From the NCBI GenBank assembly GCA_965208125.1, contig OZ242320.1, forward strand, positions 4,768,001 to 4,832,000: DNA of 64,000 bases. Direction: 5' to 3'. Within the stretch, counting starts at the first letter, position 1, and each line of letters begins with the position of its first letter. Made by a program: the position numbers and the translations under genes. Positions 38,401 to 47,938 of the stretch are shown here, piece after piece. The DNA comes from Candidatus Latescibacterota bacterium. GTDB taxonomy: Bacteria; Latescibacterota; UBA2968. Under the pieces are notes generated by a model. The model saw nothing but the letters and a program-made list of their open reading frames with translations, had not been told where the DNA came from and ran no database searches.

Positions 38401-40396
38401 CCATCCCTGCTTTGGCCAGGAATTGGAAGTGCTACATCTTCACGATAACGATTTTCTGGGGCCATTCCCTCCGTGGCTTGCCAATCTTACGAGCCTAACC
38501 TATTTGACATTGGGTGGTCCAAGCGATACCTGTGTGCCAGCAAACGACGGTTTCAGGGCCTGGGTGCGTGATCTCCACCAGCGCGGAGCTTTGGCTGAAT
38601 CAGACACTCCCACCTATTGCGGAGAGGGCTTCTGGTTCACCTGGCGGTTCGAGCAGACGACAACTGGCCGGAGCTGGACGGGGGCACGGCCGTTTGCCGC
38701 TCACAGAATTCGTGGAAAGCCTATGCTGCTCCGCATTTTCATGGGGATGCAAAACAACAACCACGGCAGTTGGGGCATCCAAAGTCCGCGCATGAAGATT
38801 ATGTTCTATGAGGGCATTGTGATCGATACGAGCGAGCCGACGGTTGACGTACCAGCAGGCGCCATCCCTCTATGGGCGACCCGCGACCAGGCGTTTCTTT
38901 TGGATCCATCCTACCGGCAGTCAATCAACATATTGATTCCGGGCCACCTGCCGATGCGAGGTCGCAGTACATCTATACGCATCGAGTTTGATCCAGATAA
39001 TACGTTTAGAGAAATAGTCGGGAACCGGATGCCTGCTCTTCATCATGATCCGCAATTCGCCCATTCGGATTGGGTTCGCATGATAGACTATGGGCAAACA
39101 TACGAGATACTGTCAGGTTACGACGCGAATCCCCGAGCTGGATGGCCTATTCAAGAAATGCCACCGGCCAAAGTCTATCTGATGCCTTTAATGAAATCGC
39201 AATCGGACGACAGAGGCATGATTCGTGCGATTAATGATCTTGTCAGGAAGGGACCGAGCCACTCGTTCTTCTGGGAAACACAGAATCTGCTCCCCATTAA
39301 GGATCTCACCCTTCACAGCGGGCGTGGTCTGATGTTGGGATATCATCCGACGGACGATAACAAGTTGTTCGTATTGAGTGCGTTGGAGGCGAGCTTGCTG
39401 TTCAGAACGTGGGACAACGAGTTCGATTATATTGTGGGTCTTATACCAGAAGGCGGAGGTATCGCAAATGGCACTGGAGGAAGGCTTTCTGTTGTAGGTT
39501 ATAAAGGAGGTTCGCCGAACAACGCGCTGGCACACGAACTTGGGCACAATATGGACCTTGGTCATGCGCCGTGCGGAGTTACTGGTTTCTTCAACAAAGT
39601 GGTGATCGACGACAGCTACCCGTGGGATGACGGCAAAATCGGTGGTCCCAGCGTTCGCGGGGTTGATCTCGGTATCGAGAGCCTTCGGCGCAACCATGTG
39701 CGGGCATGGGATGGCGAATATGTAAAGTCAATCGATCGTCCGATGTTGTTGGATCCAGATGAAACTGAGTTCATAGTAGATGGGGACACGCCGGATTTGA
39801 TGAGCTATTGTCGCGAGGACACCTATCCACGCCAATGGATCAGCGCGTATCACTTTGACAAGGCGTTAAACTACCGGCAACCAGCGACGAGTAAGCCAGC
39901 TACAAGCACTGCGCCTGTCAACGCACTGCTCCTTTCGGGCGGACAGAGGCCGGATGGGGAGATGTTTCTTTGGCCAGCTTTCGTAGGGGAAGCCAGTCCA
40001 CAACTGCCGCAAGAAGGAGGCCAGTACAGGATCGGCGGGCAGGACGCACAGGGCAGAGAGTTGTTCTCCTTTGACTTCGACATGACGGAGGTTGCAGACG
40101 GGGAAGGCGCCTCATTGTTTGTGTTCGCGGTTCCGGTACGGCAGGAGTGGGCGAACGCACTTGCGCGTATCACGCTCACAGGACCGGAGGGGGCGGCCAC
40201 ACTGGACAGAGACGGTGCGGCGGCTGCGGTTCTTCTGCGGGATTCGACCGGGGAGGTGCGGGGTATCTTGCGTGACTGGAAAGATAGTGCGCTAACGGCA
40301 AGCGCCATTGCTGAAGCATTAGGGGATCCGAACATCAAGGATTGGGATGTCCAGATCAGCCGCGGTATCCCGAACGCCTCCTACTGGAAACGGTGA
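35456..40396 (+). CDS. Secreted protein: dockerin, LRR, 6x YWTD, LRR, Ig-like, LRR, M66-like zinc metalloprotease
   Basis: First ~160 aa nearly identical to 14283; LTGAIPSELGNL LRRs; AHELGHNMDLGHAPCG and DLMSYC Met-turn. Confidence 0.87.
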   Translation: MCKHLTLVALIGLFFAGQVSATSHTDPDFNDDGIVNELDLRLLISNWGTRAGGPNWDAKIDLNSDGIVDELDLRLLISNWGKTFPVILSERDVLVALYNATGGVNWTNSTHWLSSNDISTWHGVSVSNGLVTGLDLSNNNLMGEIPAELGNLTNLTRLDLSFNSITDVSALSGLTNLAVLGLDNNSISDLLPLIANRGLGSGDRVDVRNNPLSAASLNTHIPALQNRGVNVLFDTPPKIYWTDLWTGTIQRANLDGSGVEDLVTHTGGVSLALDSGAGKMYWTVLELDKIQRANLDGSGIEDLVTQAEAAFGLALDLGAGKMYWTGRDKIQRANLDGSGVEDLVITRGTDNDPFDLALVPGAGKMYWTATEGGTIRRANLDGSGVEDLVTGLGGPFSLALDLGAGKMYWTAINEGKIQRANLNGSDVEDLITGLGETFGLALDPGAGKMYWTVIKEDKAQQKSNTIRRANLDGSGVEDFITGLYAPGGLALDLGNQGGDVIPPPPEDREALVALYNATNGSGWTDKTNWLSDRPLGEWYGVTANAQDRVTRLVLDNNNLTGAIPSELGNLASLEVLALWYNNLTGTIPAELGDLANLQSLFLSHNNLTGAIPSELGNLANLETLVISHNNLTGAIPSELGNLANLETLVISHNNLTGAIPSELGNLANLTGLYLEDNSDLFGPLPETLTALGKLQALNTINTQLCIPSDPAFLAWLQSIEAGGRLCVVRMAVVSGGGQRAVSGTRLPQPVEVQAIGANDVPVEYATVVFSPGEGHGTANPDEATTDRYGIVQTFWTLGQVVGEQTLTATVEGQSVQVVATATATATDREALVALYNATNGSGWTNKANWLSDRPIGEWHGVTTDASGRVVRLSLEVNNLKGPIPSQLGNLANLTHLYLTTNNLTGPIPPSLGNLANLEVLSIQSNNLTGPIPPSLGRLVNLQRLYLGNNQLAGTIPRDFTLLCNLRYLYLHGNALSELPSSAHPCFGQELEVLHLHDNDFLGPFPPWLANLTSLTYLTLGGPSDTCVPANDGFRAWVRDLHQRGALAESDTPTYCGEGFWFTWRFEQTTTGRSWTGARPFAAHRIRGKPMLLRIFMGMQNNNHGSWGIQSPRMKIMFYEGIVIDTSEPTVDVPAGAIPLWATRDQAFLLDPSYRQSINILIPGHLPMRGRSTSIRIEFDPDNTFREIVGNRMPALHHDPQFAHSDWVRMIDYGQTYEILSGYDANPRAGWPIQEMPPAKVYLMPLMKSQSDDRGMIRAINDLVRKGPSHSFFWETQNLLPIKDLTLHSGRGLMLGYHPTDDNKLFVLSALEASLLFRTWDNEFDYIVGLIPEGGGIANGTGGRLSVVGYKGGSPNNALAHELGHNMDLGHAPCGVTGFFNKVVIDDSYPWDDGKIGGPSVRGVDLGIESLRRNHVRAWDGEYVKSIDRPMLLDPDETEFIVDGDTPDLMSYCREDTYPRQWISAYHFDKALNYRQPATSKPATSTAPVNALLLSGGQRPDGEMFLWPAFVGEASPQLPQEGGQYRIGGQDAQGRELFSFDFDMTEVADGEGASLFVFAVPVRQEWANALARITLTGPEGAATLDRDGAAAAVLLRDSTGEVRGILRDWKDSALTASAIAEALGDPNIKDWDVQISRGIPNASYWKR

Positions 40397-40454
40397 GTTT
40401 GGACCTGCTCCGCTTTCACGGACGATTGGTTTTCGGGGTTGATAGTGTCTGATG

Positions 40455-40484
40455 TGGACTTGACCCGTTTTGGGGTCAAGTCCA
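40455..40484. mobile_element. Hairpin formed by two IS terminal repeats (collapsed IS footprint; may act as a terminator)
   Basis: TGGACTTGACCC-gttttg-GGGTCAAGTCCA; the first 19 bp are the exact reverse complement of 43897-43915. Confidence 0.6.
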
Positions 40485-40602
40485 TTGGGCAAAATAATCA
40501 GCGTTTTGACACTATGGCACCAGATCAATAGCTTGCAGAGAAATACCACTACTTGGTTTGATAACCTCGATTGACAGGTCAATTGGTTTTATTGTCAATA
40601 GA

Positions 40603-40887
40603 TCAATTGGGGATCAACTCAATGTTGAGCCGACAGCCTACGGCCTCCGCGTATTTTCGCAGCGTTTCTACTTTTGGAGAATGTTGGCTATTGGCAGACT
40701 CTAAGCGGGTGATCGCTGTTGCCTTCGTGCCCATCTTCTCAGCGACCTGCTCTTGAGTCATACCAGCGCGTTTTCGCGCTTCAAGCATCTTGTGTAGCAA
40801 CTCAAATTCAGGTGCTGCTTCATCATACTTTTCTTTGTATTCAGGTTGTGACCGCATTTTTGCGATTAGTGCTTTATGGCTGAGCAT
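40603..40887 (-). CDS. XRE-family HTH antitoxin (HigA-like)
   Basis: ARKRAGMTQEQVAEKMGTKATAITRLES..SPKVETLRKYAEA. Confidence 0.9.
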   Translation of the reverse strand: MLSHKALIAKMRSQPEYKEKYDEAAPEFELLHKMLEARKRAGMTQEQVAEKMGTKATAITRLESANSQHSPKVETLRKYAEAVGCRLNIELIPN

Positions 40888-40940
40888 TTTCCCTCCTGTG
40901 AGGATTATTTTATTTTGCCTGCGACGTGTTCAGAATAATT

Positions 40941-41241
40941 TCATTGTCGAGCATCCCTAAATTCTGACCGCCGTCTTCTTGCGGTATTGAGTTCTTTCTT
41001 CGGTGTCTTTTGAGACTTTTTCACAAAGCAGTGTAGCATCACTATTTTTCTATTGACACCTGTGCTGCGCTGAGGTCCTGTGGACGGGATCTGTGAAGTA
41101 ATTGTGCAAAAGAACACACGACCAATTCCCTCTTTGGCTCTCAGTCTAAGCTCAAACAAACCGTCCCCCAAGGCTCGCGTGTGTGGCATTCCAAGATTGG
41201 GACCAAATTCTTCCATGAGTGAAGTCAGGTGATCATATCGC
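40941..41241 (-). pseudogene. 5'-truncated RelE/HigB (Gp49-like) toxin
   Basis: FGPNLGMPHTRALGDGLFELR..GIGRVFF..MLHCFVKKSQKTP; upstream part of the ORF is antisense LRR-cap sequence. Confidence 0.8.
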
Positions 41242-41482
41242 ACCTCTGGTGGAAAACACAGGATTGGGTAGTGGAGATGAGGTTGATGTGAGAAATAACC
41301 CGCTGAGTGCCATATCACTCAACACGCATATTCCAGTCCTTCAGAGTAGAGGCGTTAATGTGCAGTTTGGCGCAGGGAAGCCTGCGGTTTTGGAGAAAGA
41401 GACGCGCCCGCCCCGTGGTGCGGTGATGAACCCATTTGGGGGTAGGGGGCCAGAAGAAGGGGAGGACATTCACCGCAGGTAG
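41235..41482 (+). pseudogene. Orphan LRR C-cap/C-terminus fragment
   Basis: IAPLVENTGLGSGDEVDVRNNPLS..FGAGKPAV as at the ends of 14283 and 23869. Confidence 0.85.
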
Positions 41483-41516
41483 AAGGTCAAGTGTATTGAT
41501 CCGGCGAATATGCAGT

Positions 41517-43064
41517 TCAGGCGCGTGCGACTTCAAAGGCCGTGATATTGCGAGTGTTCTTGCTGAATTCTACTGCTATAAGGTGGATCGGCTGGTCAAG
41601 GTCGCGATATTTGTCGGCATATCGCTTTTCCTGCAATTGCGCCATTGCAGCACCTTCAGACGCCATTTCGACGACTTTGAACTCGAACAGGTAAATGTTG
41701 TCATTGAAGTGAACGGCCATGTCCAGACGCCCATGGCTACTGCTGTCTTCTACCGTGATATTCAGTCCCAGTCCCGCGAAATAGGAGTAGAATACGCTGG
41801 CATAGTAGCCTTCGAAATTGGCGATGTCGTTGTTGGTGTACCATTCGTAGGGGATGCTGGCGAAGAAGGCATGGAATAAGGTCTCCAGGCCAGCGAAGTC
41901 GTTAGCTTCCAATAGCCGATACAGGCGTACGGTGTTCGCCATCTGGCGCGTCGAATCTTTTACCAGATAGCGCAACAGGCTCTCGTTGAGGCTTTGGCGC
42001 ACTTCCCGATTGGGATAGCCCAACTGATAGAGAGACTTGCCGCCGAGGTCTTCTTGCTCTGTGATGGTGAGGTAGCCTGTCTGGAACAGCAATGCCTCGG
42101 TTGCCATGTCATCGACGTCAAAGGTGGATAACAACGCGTCATCACCGATCATGTTATCCAGTTCGAGGGAACTGACGCGGCGGTTGAAGAGGGTTTCGAT
42201 GAGGAAGGTGGGCGTGCCCGTCTCGAACCAGTAGGCTCCGAACTCGCGGCTGTCAAAGAGCAGGAGGATGTCAAAAGGATTGTACACCTTTTCGTCACCC
42301 AGCCAGCTATAACCGTTGTACCAGTCGCGTATCTGATCTCTGTCCAGTCCGGGCAGTTCTGGTGCGAATATCGTGTCGAGGTCCGCATCGGTATAGCCGC
42401 AAATAGTTGAGTAGCGCGTATCCAGCGTGATGTCGGTCAGGTTGTTGAGACCAGAGAAGATGCTCGCTTTGGAGAATTTGCTGACGCCCGTGAGAAAGGT
42501 GAAGTGAACGTGTGCGTCGCAGCCTTTAATGGTGGCATAAAAGCCGTGCAAGAAGTCGCGATTGGCGCGTGCAATCTCCGGGACTTCGAGTGCGTCTAAA
42601 ATCGGCTTGTCGTTTTCATCAATCAGAACGACAACGCGCTGACCGGCACGACCGTGAAGGATTTTCAAAATAGACGCAAAGCGTCCGGAGGCTGTGGTGT
42701 GCTCGGAGACAATTTTCGCGCGACGTTCTATGGCCGCGAGTTGTTCCATCACATTCGCCTGCAGGTAGCCCACCTCTTTGAAATTGCCGCTGCCAAAGCT
42801 GAGGCGCAGAACAGGATAGCGCACTTGCCAATCCCAGTGGTCGTGAATGTACAACCCCTCAAACAGTGGCTCGTTGCCCTCAAACAGTTCTTTCAAGGTG
42901 TCCAGAAACAGGCTTTTGCCAAAGCGACGTGGTCGCGATAGGAAATAGTGCGTGCCCTCGTTAAGCAATACTCGGATATACTTTGTCTTATCGACATAGT
43001 AGCAATTCTGATCCCGAATTTTGCGGAAGGTCTGAATGCCAATGGGTAGTCTGCGTCTGGTCAT
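41517..43064 (-). CDS. AAA-ATPase-like protein with C-terminal PD-(D/E)XK nuclease domain
   Basis: LPIGIQTF, YYVDKT, RPRRFGKSL Walker A, VLIDENDKP, GRLDM...LFEFK..AMAQL. Confidence 0.92.
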   Translation of the reverse strand: MTRRRLPIGIQTFRKIRDQNCYYVDKTKYIRVLLNEGTHYFLSRPRRFGKSLFLDTLKELFEGNEPLFEGLYIHDHWDWQVRYPVLRLSFGSGNFKEVGYLQANVMEQLAAIERRAKIVSEHTTASGRFASILKILHGRAGQRVVVLIDENDKPILDALEVPEIARANRDFLHGFYATIKGCDAHVHFTFLTGVSKFSKASIFSGLNNLTDITLDTRYSTICGYTDADLDTIFAPELPGLDRDQIRDWYNGYSWLGDEKVYNPFDILLLFDSREFGAYWFETGTPTFLIETLFNRRVSSLELDNMIGDDALLSTFDVDDMATEALLFQTGYLTITEQEDLGGKSLYQLGYPNREVRQSLNESLLRYLVKDSTRQMANTVRLYRLLEANDFAGLETLFHAFFASIPYEWYTNNDIANFEGYYASVFYSYFAGLGLNITVEDSSSHGRLDMAVHFNDNIYLFEFKVVEMASEGAAMAQLQEKRYADKYRDLDQPIHLIAVEFSKNTRNITAFEVARA

Positions 43065-43338
43065 GGTTCCTCTGTATTCACAAGATTCCACTTTGCCAGG
43101 GTATTTTTCAGGCGTCTTTTGCCAGAAAGTATCATAAGGATAGCACTTTTGCACAACTATTTTTTTTCTTGATGTTACGCATGTCTCGCGTTTGGGCAGA
43201 AAGCGGAAGCCTTTGCCCTTTCGCAATCGCGGCTGGATGTCCAAAAGTGCAGTTGCTAACCAGCGCGAGTGTTGATTTGAATTTGTCCATCGCTTCACAT
43301 TTCTGGTCCGTTGAACACTATTTACACAGGAGAATCTG

Positions 43339-43378
43339 ATGCGGAATCTGATTCTGTCAATGTTATCAACACTTGCAC
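43339..43378 (+). pseudogene. Start of a third cohesin-like gene interrupted by the IS
   Basis: AGGAG RBS, MRNLILSMLSTLA, then the IS end. Confidence 0.75.
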
Positions 43379-43915
43379 TGGAGTTGCCCCGCTTCAGTGG
43401 AGAGTTTAGGGCTTGTGTATCAAGCCTGTGAATGATGCAGTTTTTCGTAAACTATCGGCGCATAGTAGGCGATGGAAGAATGCCTGCGATGCGGGTTATA
43501 CCATCCTTCAATGTAGGAGAAGATAGCCAGCCGCGCTTCCTTGTGTGTACGGAAGGACCGGCGATTGATCAGTTCACACTCCAAGGTGGCGAAGAAGCTC
43601 TCGCACAGTGCGTTGTCATAGCAGTCGCCAGCAGCCCCATTGAGGGACGTACGCCTGCTTCACGACAACGCTTTCCAAATGCTATCGAGGTATATTGCAC
43701 CCCCTGGTCAGAGTGGTGGATCACATCTTCGGGTCGGCGCTGGTAAAGGGCCATATTTAAAGCTGACAAGACCAACTCGCTTTGTAGGTGTGTCGCTATT
43801 GCCCAGCCCACGACGCGGCGAGAGAAGGCATCCATGACAACACTGAGATACAAGAAGCCAGACCAAATGGACAGATTCGGAATTCGGCAACAGCATCCAA
43901 AACGGGTCAAGTCCA
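43379..43915 (-). mobile_element. Internally deleted IS3-family element
   Basis: Imperfect terminal IRs TGGAGTTGCCCCGCTT / TGGACTTGACCCGTTT; rve remnant FLYLSVVMDAFSRRVVGW..IHHSDQGVQYTS with frameshifts. Confidence 0.85.
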
Positions 43916-44146
43916 CGTCGCGGGCTACCCAGCTTCTACGATACCGAGCCTTTTCGGGCGCGGTTTCTGGTGTTGATGGTCTCAGGAGAATGTCAAGACG
44001 GAGCGGTTCAAGGCGAGGTCGCTGACGGTAGAATTGAGGCCACCGTCACGGCATGGGGAGAAACAGAGCGCATTGTTCTGAAATGAGACTCATCAGATGT
44101 TCTTATATTTTCTTTGACTCTCAAATCTACCAAATTATATTCTATT
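43916..44146 (+). pseudogene. Deleted duplicate of the heparinase-like gene 3' part and its downstream region
   Basis: 4805-4859 joined to 5833-~6080 via the shared CGCGGTTTCTGG. Confidence 0.9.
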
Positions 44147-44326
44147 GGCACTTGCTCAACTTATGGCATACGAAAATTTTGACCCATACGATGTGTGTCT
44201 TTCTCAATATCATCCGCCATCGAGATCCCCTTGATTTTGATGGCCTCGTTCACTTTTGAAGTCACACATCACGTTATTATTATTTAAGTTTGCAAATGTG
44301 AGATACAATATATAAAAAGGTTCTTT

Positions 44327-47300
44327 TTGATGATCCAATCACTTGACCGTACAGGCACCTGGAGAACTTATTCCATGGCCGATGGCCTGGCCGGGATGCG
44401 CGTTGAACACATAGCCGAAGATAGAGACGGCTATCTCTGGTTCGCCACATGGGACAACGGTGTTAGTCGCTTCGATGGAGACGAGTTTCGAAATTTTACA
44501 CAACAGGACGGTCTTATTGGAGATAGCGTTTATTTTGTTTCAAAAGACTCTCAGAATCGGTTGTGGTTCGGCACATTAAATGGCGTCTGCTGGTACGACG
44601 GTGCAAACTTTCATCATTTGGAAGACGACGGGATAGCAGGCCGTGCTGTGCAGTTCATTTACGAAGACAGCGAGGGGCATATATGGTGTGGTGGTCGCAG
44701 GACTCTGGGATATTATGACGGCATTGTGTACCACGACCTGATGCCGCTCTACCTTGAGCACTACGAGCCGCTACCTTTGTATAAACAGTGCCGGGGTATA
44801 GCCCAGGACCTGGAAGGTTGTCTGTGGTTTGGCTTTAATCACCTCATTCGCTTTGATGGCACATCTTTCTATTGCTACGGAAAAGAAGTGGGATTCCCCG
44901 ATCTCTGGAGGAGCTATGCCGTTGGTCAGGATGATACCGGTAAGGTGTGGGTCGGTCAGCGTGGACCTCAGAACGGCGGACTCTGGTACTATACCGATGG
45001 CTCCTTCCAGCCTGTTCAAGTCGATTTGGATAGTGATCTGCGCAAAATTCAGTGCGACGGTACAGGTCGGATGTGGTTTAGCACTTCAGAAGGCGTGCTC
45101 TATCAAGACGGTGATGGATTCAGCAGGTTTACCCCTGCCGATGGTCTGCCTCATCCCGCAGTCAAAGCCGTGTACCAGGATCGCGAGCATCAGTATTGGT
45201 TTGCTACGTGGGGTGGCGTCGGTCTTTACGATGCGCATAGTATCAGCATTTTCGACTTCAGTGCAAGGGTCTCTGAAGGCGTGAGTGAGGTCTCGCAGAT
45301 CGTGCAAGACAGTCGCGGTGATATATGGGTGGGGTCTGTGTCTCCTGTTTTTCAATATCAAAGCAATAGCGTCTTTCGCTTTGATGGAAAGGCCATTGAC
45401 CTGATAGGCCCTGAGGATGATTTTGATATCAATAACTGTTTTGCCATCTACGAAGACCACGACGGGTATCTGTGGTTTGGTGGCATCAATGGCTTATTCC
45501 GCTACGATGGGCAGAAGCTGAAAAAAATGCAAACAACCGCAGGTTCAAGCAGTATTTGTGCAATTGCCCAGGATCGGGAAGGGCAATTTATTTTTGGTCA
45601 TTGGGAAAAGAAAAAAGACAAAAGAGACACAGACCTTTTTACCAGTCCATTGAGGCTCACTTATCAGCGGGGTGAGCAGTTCCAAACCATTTTTGTAAAA
45701 GATAAAAATCAGGATCCTCGCAGCTACATCGGTACTGTGATTGCCGGGCGCGATGGCGAGGTTTATTTTTATCTCGCTCATCAACATTTCTCTGACATCG
45801 ACAAGGGCTTCGCCCGCTGGCATCCCAAAGATGACCTCAAATTTTACGGGGTTGAAGACGGACTGATCGACGACAGGGTCAGTGACTTGCTATTAGACCG
45901 CCATGGCAACCTGTGGGTGGCTACCCAGGGCGGTCTCGCCTGTTTTAATGGTAGCACCTTCCAGACCTTCACGACTGAAGACGGTTTGCCGAACAACCGC
46001 ATCCATTGCTTGCTTGAGGACTCTCAAGGTCACCTCTGGCTTGGCACAGGCGGCGGCGTAGTTCACTACGATGGCCAGCTTTTCCAGACCATCAAGTCAT
46101 CACACATAGGACCGGTGCTCAAAATACTCGAAGACCGCGATGGCGCCTTCTATTTCGGTACAGCCCAAAACACTCTGGTGCGCTACCGCCAGCGACAGAC
46201 GCCGCCCATGATTCGCCTGATTCAAGTTGTCGCTGGTCAGGTCTATGAGAACCTGAAGGAAGACATCGTCTCTACGATGGATCAAGATGTAATTTTTGAA
46301 TACAAGAGCCTGAGTTTTTCTACACACCCTCGCGACATGCTCTATGTCTATCGCCTGAAGGGCTACGATGCTGACTGGCAGCCTGCGACACGAGAAATGA
46401 GGGTGCATTATCAGAACTTGCCGCCAGGAGACTACACGTTTCAGGTCAGAGCGATAGATCGCGATCTCAATTACTCAGAGATGGCGCAAGTACAACTCTC
46501 AGTAAAGCCAGATCCACGTATTGAGGGCCTGACTGCGACACTCAATACTCAGGGGGATAACGAGTTTATTGGTCAGAGTGCGGCCTTACATGCGTTTCAA
46601 AATCAGCTCAGACAGGTAGCATCGACTGATATAACGGTGCTGATTCTGGGTGAGACGGGTGCAGGCAAGGGACTGGCTGCTCGGATGCTACACGGACTGA
46701 GTGCCCATCGCGATGGTCCTTTTATACAAGTCAACTGCGGTGCTTTGCCAGTAATGCTGATTGATAGTGAACTCTTTGGTCACGAAAAAGGGGCTTTTAC
46801 CAGCGCGGTTTCCCGTAGGCTGGGCAAGGTGGAACTGGCTAAGGGCGGCACGCTCTTTTTGGACGAGGTCGGCGATATGAGTCTGGAAACGCAGGCCAGG
46901 ATGTTGCGATTGCTGGAAGAGGGCACGTTTGAGCGCGTTGGGGGTAGCGAGATACTGAAGGCTCAGACGCGTATTGTGGCAGCGACAAATCGCAATATCA
47001 AGGAGATGGTCAGATCAGAAGCTTTCCGAGAGGACCTCTATTATCGCCTCAATCCCTTTCCAATATATTTGCCGCCACTGCGCGAGCGCAAGGAGGACAT
47101 ACCAGACCTTGCCGAGTATTTCAAGAATCGCATGGCAGCGCATTTGGGCAAGCAAATTGAACCCTTGACGCCAGAGGTTATCGAGGTGTTGCAAACCTAC
47201 TATTGGCCTGGAAATGTGCGGGAACTGGAACATACCATAAACCGAGCCATCATTGTGTGTCGCAGTTCTCAAATTGAAGCGCGGGATCTGGGACTGTATA

Positions 47301-47512
47301 ATTCTCAGCCCGCAGGTGCAGATCCTGGTCATAAGCTATATCAAGACCGAGAAGTCGTGTCTTTGGATGAACTTGAACGGCGCCACATTCTCACAGTACT
47401 CAAAGCGACCAACTATCAGGTAAAAGGTGTTCAGGGTGCTGCGGCACTGCTGGGATTACCGCCTTCTACCCTTTTCAGCAAAATAAAAAGACTGGGCCTT
47501 AAGCGCCCTTAA
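44327..47512 (+). CDS. Sigma-54 enhancer-binding protein with Reg_prop beta-propellers and Y_Y_Y sensor, AAA+ and Fis HTH
   Basis: DGL...[13 protein letters not shown] repeats; [24 protein letters not shown]; [42 protein letters not shown]. Confidence 0.93.
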   Translation: MMIQSLDRTGTWRTYSMADGLAGMRVEHIAEDRDGYLWFATWDNGVSRFDGDEFRNFTQQDGLIGDSVYFVSKDSQNRLWFGTLNGVCWYDGANFHHLEDDGIAGRAVQFIYEDSEGHIWCGGRRTLGYYDGIVYHDLMPLYLEHYEPLPLYKQCRGIAQDLEGCLWFGFNHLIRFDGTSFYCYGKEVGFPDLWRSYAVGQDDTGKVWVGQRGPQNGGLWYYTDGSFQPVQVDLDSDLRKIQCDGTGRMWFSTSEGVLYQDGDGFSRFTPADGLPHPAVKAVYQDREHQYWFATWGGVGLYDAHSISIFDFSARVSEGVSEVSQIVQDSRGDIWVGSVSPVFQYQSNSVFRFDGKAIDLIGPEDDFDINNCFAIYEDHDGYLWFGGINGLFRYDGQKLKKMQTTAGSSSICAIAQDREGQFIFGHWEKKKDKRDTDLFTSPLRLTYQRGEQFQTIFVKDKNQDPRSYIGTVIAGRDGEVYFYLAHQHFSDIDKGFARWHPKDDLKFYGVEDGLIDDRVSDLLLDRHGNLWVATQGGLACFNGSTFQTFTTEDGLPNNRIHCLLEDSQGHLWLGTGGGVVHYDGQLFQTIKSSHIGPVLKILEDRDGAFYFGTAQNTLVRYRQRQTPPMIRLIQVVAGQVYENLKEDIVSTMDQDVIFEYKSLSFSTHPRDMLYVYRLKGYDADWQPATREMRVHYQNLPPGDYTFQVRAIDRDLNYSEMAQVQLSVKPDPRIEGLTATLNTQGDNEFIGQSAALHAFQNQLRQVASTDITVLILGETGAGKGLAARMLHGLSAHRDGPFIQVNCGALPVMLIDSELFGHEKGAFTSAVSRRLGKVELAKGGTLFLDEVGDMSLETQARMLRLLEEGTFERVGGSEILKAQTRIVAATNRNIKEMVRSEAFREDLYYRLNPFPIYLPPLRERKEDIPDLAEYFKNRMAAHLGKQIEPLTPEVIEVLQTYYWPGNVRELEHTINRAIIVCRSSQIEARDLGLYNSQPAGADPGHKLYQDREVVSLDELERRHILTVLKATNYQVKGVQGAAALLGLPPSTLFSKIKRLGLKRP

Positions 47513-47696
47513 GGGCGAATGATCGCCCAATAGCCATAAATATTTAAAAATAAGCAGGATACGAGCCAGACTAACTTATATCTGGGCGATGTATTGTCCC
47601 TTGATATAAAATTGAGTCTGGCTTTTTGTTTTTAATGATATTTCTATCCTATTAAAAAATAACATGTTGTGAATATATTTTTCTATCCATTTACAG

Positions 47697-47712
47697 TGGC
47701 ACACTTTTTGCT
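47697..47712 (+). promoter_or_regulatory. Sigma-54 -24/-12 promoter
   Basis: TGGCACACTTTTTGCT with correct GG-N10-GC spacing, in an AT-rich region right after the activator gene. Confidence 0.8.
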
Positions 47713-47938
47713 TTTTATGTGGTTTTTCTTTCCGTGATCCTAAGGTCACCCTTAAAACCAAAATACGCTTCGCTTTTGGCTGCACAAAAGCCTTTAGACA
47801 GTGTGGGAAACTCAAAAACTGGCTCCGTTCTAAAAATTTTGCGATTCTATCGCCTTGCCAGTTTACAGATCGGTAAGGGCAGTGCCTTGTGCCTGCCCGA
47901 TAGTGCTGTATTTCTATCCTATAGGGAGGGATTGGAAG

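Noticed and set aside
43065-43298. N-terminal extensions given by the ORF track (also 6377, 10342, 16724, 18816, 23785, 29314, 47855, 62411)
   Set aside because: Downstream ATGs have RBSs, signal peptides or family-typical starts, so the shorter starts were used.
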